This document shows, one piece after another, positions 12,027 to 23,386 of a stretch of DNA of 64,000 nucleotides (position 1 is the stretch's first letter; each line of letters starts with the position of its first letter). Origin of the DNA: Psilocybe cubensis. Lineage: Eukaryota. The DNA is taken from assembly GCA_017499595.2 (NCBI GenBank), contig CM039000.1, forward strand, positions 1,302,001 to 1,366,000. The letters run 5' to 3'. The notes beneath the pieces were generated by a model. The model saw only the letters and a program-made list of their open reading frames with translations. It did not search any database and was not told the origin of the DNA. Both the position numbers and the translations under genes were made by a program.

Positions 12027-14092
12027 TTTTGTAATGAATCTTTCAGCTATTCGGGTACCAAGGTGACTCGTAACCTTACAGGCAAAGGTACCTTCAAACT
12101 GGTCTTTTCGTGTATAATTGTTTTACCAGTTTTATTTGAAAATTGGTTAGTTCCGTGTACACGCCTCCTAATGTCGGCGATTTCATTGGATAGTGATAAT
12201 AGTGTAGCTCAAACCTTATTGCGGTTATTTCCACAAATAGAGGTGCTTTACGACACCTCTAGTCTCAGAAGCGACCCATTACAGCATACGCAGAAGCTGA
12301 GTCTATTTTTGGCATAAGTATTCAGTGCACCGAGTATTTTCGCCGTGTCACGATTCAAGTAATGGGATGAAAATACGTTTGACAAGTGACTTGATGCACC
12401 TGCAGATGTGATTTGCGAAGAGAATTACCAGGAAGCACATTATACGCTGCACCCTCCTTTTATGTACAGGAGATCAGACGCCCGTCGTTAGCTTCAGGCG
12501 CCAGGAGGCTGATGATAGATAGGGGCTCGCTTCGGCCATTTGTTGGCTACAACGAGCGTATTTCCGACCTCATTGCTCGCACTGCCGTTAAACACAAGGA
12601 GAAACATGTAAAAAGTGCATCAAACTTGGTAACGAGTCGAACCATCTTTTGTGGCAAGGTCATTTAATTTTCAGAGCCGAGAGATCAGCTGCCGCCTTAC
12701 TGGATCGTGCACGGCGAAGAAACAGCTGCAGGCAAATACGGGGATAGTGGATAAGGTGCCGTCTCGTCATTCGTGGCTTTATTAGTCGTTCGTGCTGGTG
12801 TCATGCACGCGGATACATACGCGTTTAAGGTGCTGCGCATATGTATTGGAAGCAAGTATTTGCATGTTATTAGCACGTAAGTAGCGCGTACGCGTCATCG
12901 AACTAATTAATTACCCCGGACGCGGCGTTGGAAGGGTATGCATTTGCATGGCTTGCCGCGAAACCAGGAGACTACACTTTTGGGCTCCGTGCCATGGATA
13001 TTAAGGGTGCTTATCCAAAGGCGGTAAGCGGATATCCGCCTGGGTGCTAACGCTCCTTCCGGACCCACTGGAGTTTGGATAAACGAAAATTTCATTCCGA
13101 GTTGTGTTTCCCCTGCTGCGTTGTTTTGGAGGGCTGCGGCCCAGCAGAGAGCCGGGGTATGCGTGGGCATAATACCCATGTCATAGATCAGTCACAGTTG
13201 GTAATATGTTGCCAGATGTGCTGCAATTGAAACAATGAAAGCCTGTGTGACCCACAGTGAGATTGGACACACGAACGAGTGTAGGTTTTGGCCCCAAAAT
13301 ACAATGCGCCGACGGAGAAATAGGAAACTGGCATACTGGGGCCCTGATCTGGCAAGACAGTGGGGTTAGTGTGCGCTCTCGTTTGCGGGCGAAAGTAATG
13401 CAAATAGAGTGTTAATGTAACTGCTGTGATCCTGCAATGTTGGCCGCAGCAGATAAGTCGAATCATGAAGTGTAAAATTTTGTTATGCCGAGCAGGCTGG
13501 GCTGCTCGCGTAGCTTGCTGAGCATGACTCAAGTATAACTAGGGGTCGACTAGGATAAGTGACAGGCAAGCGTAATGCACACAGTTCACGAGAAGTACAG
13601 ATGTTCAAATACAAGAGACAAATGGGCAGAATTGGGGAACGTGGGCCGAACGAGATGGGATAGCTGATATAAAGATAGGCCATGCTGCTGTCGGGTTCGC
13701 ATAGAAAGAATTTTACACACTGGGTTGATCCGTCCAATGAGATTTTCTGCTGCGGAGAAGCTGGGATTGTGCAGTCAGATAAAGCTCGTCCGGAGGACTG
13801 ACGACTCAGAGAGTCAGATAGGAGCAGCAAGTAGATATGGACTAGCGATTATAAGTGATATGGAACCGCGCAAGTTTTGAGGAGATAGTGGGACGGGAAT
13901 AAATAGAAGTGTTAGGCCGCCGCAGTAATGGCTCGGATCACGTGTTGATGGAGTTGTGCTGCGGAGCCAGATTTGGAAGGCCTGTGCTTGGCGGGGCAGA
14001 TTGAGAGACTCTGCGCGTTCTTTCAATCCGACTGCGCACCGGCGTCTCCTCTTTTTCGCAGTCCCCACCGTTTCTCTCTTCTTGCCACCACC

Positions 14093-17000
14093 ATGCACGT
14101 CGAACAACATCCTATCGACCCAAAGCCCTCCCGGAAGGGCAAAGAAAGAGACCCGGCTCTGCCACAGCGCGAGCCCCAGCCTACCGATCTCGACCAGAAA
14201 CTAACTGCGCTGCGCAGACGCACTGCGGCGTGAGTTCATGATTTTCGTTTATATATTGCGCTTATTCTAATACCTTTTTTCCTCTTTTTCTCGCATTCCT
14301 CTAGCACAACCCGCCCCCGAGATAGGTCTGAACGAGACCGAATGCAGGTCGCTCAGCCTACCCAGCCTAATCCCATCAACAACCCTGTGCAGTTTGCATC
14401 GACGTCCTCCATCTCACGGATAGACCGTTCCCCCAAGCTTTCTGTTCCAGCAAAACACTCGCCCTCGTCCCCTCACCGACACGCATCGCCACATCTTATC
14501 GTCTCTCGTCCGACACAGGATGCCGACCATGAGGACTTCTCCCGAAGACTTAAAATATCATCGCCTGCACCAAGACATCAGTCAGCGCACAAGCAGAGCT
14601 CATCATCAAAGCTCTTCAACCCAGATACCGACCCCATCCCAATGCGACGAACTGCCGAGCCAGAGGTCATGTCAGATGCGACCGGCAGTTCGAATGCTAA
14701 TGTCTACGCCTCTCGCGCTACGCCATCGGGCGGGCTCAACCATCGGGAAGAAAGAGGTCACGCCAACCGTCAGCTATTTGACCACAGAAAGGATGACCCT
14801 GTTCGCTTCTCCGTGCTAGCGCGGCCTCAACATGTCACCAACGGTCGTCCATCCCCGACACCTAAATCCTCAGGTGATTACGTTTCTGCGTCATCGACAT
14901 CATCGTACGCTGCATCGCTATCGTCCTCTGCTTTCACGTTATCATCAACAACCGATGGGTCCTCGGCGTCTTCAGCTCTATTCGAAGGTAGACCTAACCA
15001 GGGTCAAGGGACGGAGGACTCCGGTCACAATAGCCAATTGTCGGCACAACTAAAGAAACTATATCGTTACCTTACAGCCCTCGAAACTAAAATCAAACAA
15101 GATGACTCGGAAGAGGTCGATGATGCAATGACTTCAAGAGTCATGCTCAAGGGTAAAGAAGCCGAGAGTGAAGAGGTGGAAAAGGAAAAGTGGAGAAAAC
15201 GAATTGAGATCCACAAGCAGTAAGTAAATTTTTTTTCATTTTAGCCCGTCCTGAACTCACTTTCTGGTGAAGGTATGCCGAAACTGCGCATTTGCTTCTT
15301 CAGATATCCTCTGCCCCATCCGTTCCCGTTTCCCTCCGCAATATCCCATCCAAATACAACATTATCGTTCGTCTTTGGAACTATGCTTTCCATAATATCC
15401 TCGAATCCCTTCGCCGCGCATTCTTCACTTCAAATTCAATATATGCCGGTGAACATCTTCAAGAATACATCTACTACGCATATACGTTTTATTCGGGGCT
15501 TTTGATTGAGTACAACCTTAGCCCATACAAGTCTGGATGGCTGGAAGCTCTAGGCGACGTCGCCAGGTATCGCATGCACCTAGCGGCCACAGGAAATGGT
15601 GCCGTTGGCGGGCAGGGTGGTCTCACGACACAGGCTGTTTCTGAGGCTGCGACTTCCTCGAACATAGTTACCAAGGGAAAGGGCATTGATAACGAGACCG
15701 GTATTGCTACTCCAGGCTCGCCAGAATCTGTCAGCGACGCGCCCCCTGCTCGGATTGACGACAGTCCGTCTCCTAGCATTGGACCTGCTGCGGCCCGCCT
15801 TATTGAACTGGAGCCTGAGAGAGAGCGATGGTGCAACATTGCGCGTGATTGGTATGGTGCTGGATTGGCTGAGCAACCCGGCACAGGAAAGTTCCATCAC
15901 CATCTTGGAGTGTTGTCAAGGGACGCTGAAGGCGAGGACCTCCGCAGCGTTTATCATTTCGTTAAGAGGTGTGTTTTCCCTGGACATTCATTTTTGTATA
16001 ATTGCCTGATTAGGAATTTGTGTGTTCCTTTTCCCATGTAGTTTGACGACATTACACACATTCCCGACAGCGCGCGAGTCTATCTTGCCCATTTGGTCCC
16101 ACGTAGCGCAAGCGCGTCGATCCGCACCTGATGCTCGCGCCTCTGAGCTCTTCGTTTTCTTGCATGGCATGCTATTCACCAACATCCAATTGGATGACTT
16201 CCAACCAACCCTAGCGCGCTTTATTGAGCGTCTTGAAATTGAAGGCGCCGAAGAGCGCGAGTGGATTATGATGGCGGTCGTCAACATCGCGTCTATTCTC
16301 GAGTACGGCAAGCCCAACAGTGTCTTGCGCAAGATCGGATGTGTCGGCCCGAAGGAAGTCAACGGCCCGCAAGTCGTGGCAGCCATGCGCGTTATGGCGA
16401 AGAAGGCGGCTGGTGGCGCGCCGTCAGCGGTCGACGAGGAAAAAATGGATATCGATGATGACAGAGGTGATGAACCAATGAAATCCCCGACGATTCTTAG
16501 TGCTGAGGACTCGCAAACTGCGGAAAACTCTTTACCTGAGCAACCACCTGCTTTGAAGTTCGCCATGCAGATCACTTTCGCAATGCTGTCTCACGTTCTT
16601 CGTCGTCCTACACGCAAATCATCCCAATTTTCACCTTCAAACTTGAATCCTTACCTCACTGTCCTTCTCACCTTCCTTTCCACCATTCTCAAGCATAAGC
16701 CTACCCTTGACATTCTAGAACGCAGCATCCCATGGGAGGAACTGGCCCTTTTCTTCTCCAGTATTCCGCGAAAAATCATGATTTCGCAAGGATTGATGAG
16801 TGCTCCAGGAAAGCCTGACCATTATCGGACCATGGAACGTTGGGTGATGCTTACCAGTGGATGCACGCCGCCTTTGAAAGAAGATTGGTGCTTACGTGGT
16901 ATGGAGTGGGTTGGACGCAAAGTATACGAGCGCGGATTCTGGAAGAGCGGCGAGGACACAAAGGCCGAACTCGAGGTGCTGGATACAGCAGAGAGGCCGG

Positions 17001-18183
17001 AAGCCACCGATGGTACCATCGAGGATGATGATGGCGAAGATGACCGTAGCAAGAATGGCTCGTCGTCGTCGCACAGTAAGAACAGCGATATCTTCAGGCG
17101 TTATGTCAGAATCGCACGCTCTGCCGTCAACATCTCCAGCATTGTTGAAGGTTTTAACTGGACGGATGGCACCAGGGACTGGAAAGTGGAAGGCAAGCTC
17201 GCCGAGAAGGTCAAACTATGGGAGGAAGAGGACAGAATCGAGAGAGAGGAGGAGGAGCGAAGGAGGATGGGTAAACGATGGGTTGATGATGCCATGGATG
17301 TTGATGAGGGTGAAAATGACAGCTTGTCAGAAAGCGAGGATGATGAAGACGATTCTCCGGATGTCAAGGCACTGAAGGTATGTCTTTGTGTTTCCCTTTT
17401 GGATTTAATGTATCGGCGCATTTATTCACGACTGTTTCTTCTTTCAGGATCGACGAAGATATTTGAAGAGCCTTCTTCAGTCCGCAAAGCGCGATGGCTC
17501 GATCTCCTCGTATTCCAGTGGTCGTCCTCGGGCCGCGAGAAGCTCCAGAAAACCTGGAGATTCTCGTGCCCTGCTCCCTGTCATCCCCGGATACACCATC
17601 CTCGTGGTCGACACGAACATTCTTTTGTCATCGCTCTCTATGTTCTCATCACTCATCGAGAGCATGAAATGGACAGTTATCGTCCCTCTTCCCGTTATCA
17701 TGGAACTCGACGGTCTTTCGACGAACCCTTCTCAACTTGGCGAAGCTGCCCAGGCAGCTATGACTTACATCCACGCCCATATCCGCTCGCACGCCGTTTC
17801 TTTGAAGGTTCAGACATCCAAGGGCAACTACTTGACCAGCTTGACCGTGCGGACGGAAGAAGTAGACTTCCACGGAGACAATGCCGAGAAAAGTATGGAC
17901 GACCTCATCCTCAAGGCTGCCATCTGGCAAGACGATCACTGGGTCGATCGATCTTCCATGCTCCAGTCTTGTCCCGTTCCATCTGGCGACTTGCAAAAAG
18001 CCATCAAAGTCGTTTTACTCAGCCTGGACAGAAATCGTACGTCATTTATCTGCATTTTTGGTTTGGTTGTTTTACTAAGCAATATTGGTCTTTCTTTATT
18101 CAGTACGTCTGAAAGCACGTTCAAGACAGTTGCCTGCTGCCAGCGAAAAGGATCTTGCCGCTATTCTTGCGATGGCGACATGA
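14093..18183 (+). CDS. EST1/SMG6-like protein with EST1 (TPR-like) region and C-terminal PIN endonuclease domain
   Basis: ATG 14093. EST1-type motifs RLWNYAFH..LE.LR, WLEALGDVARYRM, ARDWY..G....PGTGKFHHHLGVL. PIN motifs LVVDTNILL, VPLPVIMELDGL, DDLIL, VVLLSLDRNLRLKAR. Stop TGA 18181-18183. Confidence 0.9.
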
Positions 18184-18513
18184 GTTGTCTTTTCAGCCGA
18201 CAAGCAGTCTAATGTCATTTTTGAAACGGCATACTTGCATCAGCAGCACGGCAAGCAAGGATCAGCAGGTCCGTACCTGGCTTTCACCCTCTCATGTCGA
18301 CCTCTCTCGCTACTGGGATATAGTTGGCATCACGGTGTAATTGGCATTCGTAGTCGATCCAAACCTCTTAGGAAGGGCACGCTCCCAGTCCGGATGCCTC
18401 GGTCGACGTTTTATGCGGCATCGACTAGAACGGCATCTCTCAGGGCAGGGACAATTTTTACGCATCTGGTTCTCCTCTCTCTTTCTCATTTTGTCGGTCA
18501 CCTATCATTCGAT

Positions 18514-18533
18514 TACATACATACATACATACA
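18514..18533. repeat. (TACA)5 microsatellite in a CT-rich 3' region
   Basis: tacatacatacatacataca. Confidence 0.8.
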
Positions 18534-19193
18534 TCATCGCACACATGGGAATCATCAACCTACTAGCATAACAACATTCTTTAACTTATCCCAACCATCC
18601 AATTCATTCATCTATCATCATCGCAAAATTTGTTATTCCATCCTATCTTTTTATCTCTCTCTCTCTGGTCAATCCAACCAACCCTCGCTCTCTCGTTGTT
18701 CTGTCCTCTCCTTCCCTCCTCATTCTTCACACTCCTTTTCCTATTTCCCGAATTCTCCGTTGGACATTGACCACCTGATTATCACTTTAGCATCTCTCGC
18801 ATACCCCCAAAGCACGCAGCAACTCTCATTATACCTCCGCATTTCTTTGTTTCGATATTTTTATTATTTAACAAATTCATTTTCATTCGTTTTGTGTATG
18901 TAGTATTTTCTGTACTACTAAAAAAGTTTGTCCTCGTCAACTATCGATGTGTGCGCTGTGCTCGCTACGTTAATCCATTGTTTTTTCATAGCGATATCGT
19001 ATGGTCCTAAGAAGTTGTCCCGATCGGCAATTGCTACCCAACCTACAAGAACTAGAACGACCCAATCAATGGACAACCAATTCGAAAGTTCAAAAGTTAC
19101 GTTCATGTATGTATGATCTACAAATTTAGTTGCACCGATTCCATAAAAAAAAACAGTAACAATCAGAAGTACAATTCGCAAGGTTCGTCTACT

Positions 19194-21052
19194 CTACTGC
19201 CCTCGCTCCTCTTCGTCTTCGCCCAAGAGCCGCGTCGACTGCGCACGGTCTTCCGTGGCCGCGACAGGGAGCGGGGCGTACGCAGACTCTTTCTCGAGGC
19301 GGAATTGCCGGGGGAGCAACGCGTACCCGCCGAAATAAGCCAGAGGCAGGATCTGCAAGTACACGTAACACGATTTTAGCGCGGGGTGGATGAATAAGAA
19401 AGATGAGTGAGTGAAGACAGCAAAGTTTGTCATTAGACATGGAATGGAAGACAAGGCAAGGACAGGGGAAGGGTACACGTACCACGATCCATGCTTTCCA
19501 GAGGGGAAGAGCCCAGTTTGTGATTGGCCCGCGGCCAGTCAGCGTCTCCCACCATTGCATACCGCTGCGGATCTATACGTTATGTGATGCAAAAAAGAAT
19601 ATATGGGTAAGCATTTGCAATACGATTTTAGGTTTAGGTCAACAGGCGGAATGGTTGTGGAATGTTTGGTTGAGGAAAGGCGAAACGCCGGTGTGGAGGG
19701 AGGGAGGTAAAGAGGCTAGACAGATTGCGCTAGAGGTAAGACTTGCCTGGAAGAATGCCAGCGAGATGATGACTATGCCTAGAACGATGTGGAAGATATT
19801 GAGAGGCGGGTGAGGTTGGGTGATGGGTCCCAATTTTGCAAGCTCGTTGCGGCGGTTGTGAATATATCGCCCTAGGAAAACTTGAGTGTAGTATACGAGC
19901 AGTAAAAGGCCTCCGTAGATCTATAATTTATTGAACAGTCAATTCAGTATCCAAACGATAAAGGAATCACTAAAGTCTAAACAACAACGCACTTCATGTC
20001 CATTCGCAAAGTGGATACGGAATGACTCCTTGGAGTAGACGATCGCGGGGCCCAGGAGAACACCGAGCGTGATGACAGGCAGCGCGATGTACATGTTGGA
20101 CAGACGATGCAGTTTGAACCATCTCGGCGTGAACGACCGGCCCCAACGCGCGATGAGCGACCCCGCAGGAAGCAGAACAAGGAAGCCAAACGAGACAAGG
20201 AAACCATGTAGTATCATCAGCTTCTCGACGCGCTTGTACGCCGTGCCCGTGCCCTGCGTGATCGGAATGCCCGCAGGGGGCTTCGCTGTGTCGATCTGCT
20301 GCCCAAAGGTGGGCCCGGCGAAGTCTTTACTGAAATCCAGGGAGAGGTAGCCGACGTACTGGTGCGGGGTGAGAGTCGAGTCCGGGGCCTTGTCTGGCTT
20401 CGTCGGCGAATAGGCAAAGATCATGGCTTCCTTGGGGTCGGCACTAGCCAGTAGTGAGCGGTTAGCGGGCACTTGGAATGCGAACGTCGTCGAGTGGGCA
20501 GGACGAGTCTAAAGTAGACCAAAATGCGAGATTTAGCCGGACTATACAGGTACTCTTGTATAATTGAAAAAAAAAACCCGCAAAAGGGCGGGACGTACAA
20601 GCGCCTTGGGCTCAACCAGCGTTGCGATACGAGGAGGATTGGACTCGGGGTGCGGCATGGTGTATCCACTCGTATAGCGCTGCGATAACGTCGTCGACCC
20701 GTCGTCGTTCTTCCACATGATGACTGAATGCGTGTTGGGCATCCGAGTCCCAAATCCACTGTTATGCGAAACGGCGGCGTACAGTTTGGTGAGCACAACT
20801 CTTTTGCGGCTCATGAGAACACAAGCACTCACATAGCAAGCCATCCCACAGGCTGAATCATCCCAGTCACCTCGTCTAGAGGTACTTAGTAAACCGCTGT
20901 ACGCATAAAACACCCAGCAACTTACAATTGACCACATCACCCTCAACTGAGGCGCTGACACACACCTCCCGCCTACATCCAGTATCGCCTTTCGCAGCCA
21001 AAGAGGTGGGAAGGAGGTGTAAACCTGCGAGAGCCGCCAAAACGACGCGCAT
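19194..21052 (-). CDS. Signal-peptide-bearing membrane protein: DOMON (CDH-cytochrome-like) domain plus cytochrome b561 domain
   Basis: Signal peptide MRVVLAALAGLHLL; GFGTRMPNTHSVIMW...TLSQRY.SGYTMP (DOMON heme Met region); ILHGFLVSFGFLVLLPAGSLIARW; WFKLH; HPPLNIFHIVLG; ends ...EEERGQ*. Confidence 0.85.
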
Positions 21053-21558
21053 GTAGCCCGACTTTGTAGTGAGCAGCACCATCCGTAACACAGGCAAGTG
21101 GGTGGAAACAAAGAGGGAAGAGGTTTCAGAGCGGGCGGGCAAGACTATGGTTATCAATTAGGCTTGTCAGGTCGCCCCTGGAACACGTCCTCCTCCTGAA
21201 CGAAATTGGTTAGGATAATCCTGTGAGAAATGATATGCCCGCTTGGGCCTCCAAAAGGGGTCGCAGCTTCGAAAGGCAAACGGGAAAGCGATGTGTCCGA
21301 TATATTACTAGTAGGCATCACGATCTGCAGTACTTTGAAAATATGAAAATGTGTATGGACGAATGTATTCCACAAAGAAAAGCAGACACATGCTGGCAAG
21401 ATGGATGGCGAGCAACAAGAAGCTGGGTCGGCACCAATTCAGAAACTCTCACTGGCAGCAAAAGCACGAAGAACGCATTTCTGACATTCTGAATGTACTA
21501 TACACGTGATTTTGATTTTTTATTCATCTAATCGTCTGGGTATCAGATATCTAATCCT

Positions 21559-22310
21559 TTACTCGAAGATCCAGGACTCCATGGCGCTGGTGTATTGGAC
21601 AACACCCTCGGGGAACCAGCTGTGTATATCATGAGCAAACACGTTGGCGTAGAATCGAGCATGTAGCAAACTCACAGAGCGATCTCCTTCTCAGCAGACT
21701 CAACAGAGTCGGAACCGTGGCAGATGTTGCGTCCGACAGCAAGGCAGAAGTCACCACGGATGGATCCTGGTAGGTGATAGAAGCGCGTTCAGCGTGATTT
21801 TCAAAAAGACGCGTTTACGCGACAAAAAAGTTTTACTTTACTCACCGACAGGGGATTGGAGGGGGTTGGTTGCACCGAGCATGACACGGCCGGTCTTGAC
21901 GGCGTCAAGTCCTTGCCAGACCATGGCGACGACGGGGCCGGAGGCCATGTACTTGATCAATCCGGGGAAGAAGCTCTTGCCCTTGAGATCGGCGTAGTCT
22001 GTAGTAGTACAAAAAAGCAGAAAATGCCGCGATTAGATTGCGTGATCGAGGGGGATCGCCAGTTTTTGCTATTTCGGAAAGAGAGACACGTACGCTTCTC
22101 GAGGTGCTCCTCGGTAGCCTGGACGAGCTTGAGGGCAATGAGCTTGTAGCCACGCTCCTCGAAGCGGGCGATGATCTTGCCGACGAGGTTGCGCTGAACG
22201 CCGTCAGGCTAGCGGAGGCGACGCGTAGATTAGATAGACTGAAAACCAAAAACAAAGAAACAAACAATGCGGACCTTGATCATGATGTAGGTGCGCTCGG
22301 TGACAGACAT
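21559..22310 (-). CDS. NDK1: Nucleoside diphosphate kinase
   Basis: [35 protein letters not shown]...[29 protein letters not shown]...WIFE*. Confidence 0.97.
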
Positions 22311-22514
22311 GGCGATGAGTTGGTGGATGAGAAGAGGGTGGGTGGGACGAACAGATTTTTTTGAAATCTTTTATTGGGCCTCGGGCGTCGATTATCGCGT
22401 CCAATCTCTATCTGCCACATCGTCCAAATACGGCCAAGCAAGTCCCCGGAAACCTCCGCCCGTGCTCAGTCCCGACACCGCTCTACTTTGCTAACACAAG
22501 ATTCTATAGTAATA

Positions 22515-23074
22515 ATGTTCGGTCCTCTGGGCTTGTCTCTCGCTCCCTATGTGCGCTCCTCCAAGAGCCTCACAAACCTCCTCACCCCCGTCGCCAACTG
22601 GTATGCCGGCGCCATGGGATACAGGAAATACGGCTTCAAATACGACGACCTATGTACGCGCTCCTCCGAATCACACCGTACCCCATGCTCACCTATCCTC
22701 TAGTGTGCGAGGAGAACGACCAGGTCCAGCGTGTGCGTCCATTTCATTCCGAGCCCATCTGCTTCATTGAGCGTTGACAAAATTTCCAACTCTTAGGCTT
22801 TGGGCCGCCTGACTGACCGTGAGGGCTACGACCGCGCCTACCGCCTGAAACGCGCCTCGCACGCCAGCGTTCTCCACGCCCCCCTCCCCAAAGAGCAGTG
22901 GACACCCGAATCAGACGTGCGTCTCCTCCATCCAGATTCCATATTAATCACTCATACCCAACCTCCGTTACTGACCAATAGGATGTCCGCTATTTGGCCC
23001 CCCACGTCGAGGAGGTGATGAAGGAGGAGAACGAAAGGAAGCTCTGGGACAACCTTGTCGTTGAGAGAAAATAA
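22515..23074 (+). CDS. QCR7: Cytochrome b-c1 complex subunit 7
   Basis: MFGPLG..ANWYAGAMGYRKYGFKYDDL/..EENDQVQR/ALGRL..REGYDRAYRLKRA..LPKEQWT/DVRYL.PHVEEVMKEENER. Confidence 0.95.
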
Positions 23075-23386
23075 ATTCTGTCAGCCTTTATAGAATCTCT
23101 GCTGCAATCCGACCCCGCATTTTTATTACACTCCCAAATTCATGGTCGCACTTTAGAACCACCACACTACCTATATGGTCTAACTGTTGTAGCTTTCCAA
23201 TCCACATAACATTCATTGGATATCTCCCAACGCTCGAACCATACTTCCAAAGCAAACATGCTCAAGAACGAAAGGGAATCAAAACACTTTCATTTGTCTT
23301 TAATAAATCCGACAAACCCTATCTATGACTATTCTCCTTATTTCTTGTTACTTTATACAATGCTTATTACTGAATCTAATTACACT

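Noticed and set aside
12305..12319. ATTTTTGG-C-ATAAGT: Sm-like site plus AUAAGU donor, as at Neurospora-type telomerase RNA 3' ends
   Set aside because: It is on the + strand only ~280 nt after the GH31 stop, with no template upstream and on the opposite strand to the template-like motif, so probably chance.
13049..13068. Minus-strand GGGUCCGGAAGGAGCG resembling SRP helix 8
   Set aside because: Lacks the CAGG/AGCA symmetric loop and an SRP-like overall rod.
13797..13820. CTGACGA hammerhead-like core followed by a small hairpin
   Set aside because: No GAAA after stem II and no stem I/III closure.
18235..18903. 222-aa ORF downstream of the EST1/SMG6-like gene
   Set aside because: Low-complexity CT-rich 3' UTR that is stop-poor by composition.
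22440..22452. AAGTCCCCGGA resembling RNase MRP CR-I
   Set aside because: No complementary CR-V downstream; better explained as the QCR7 5' UTR or intron.
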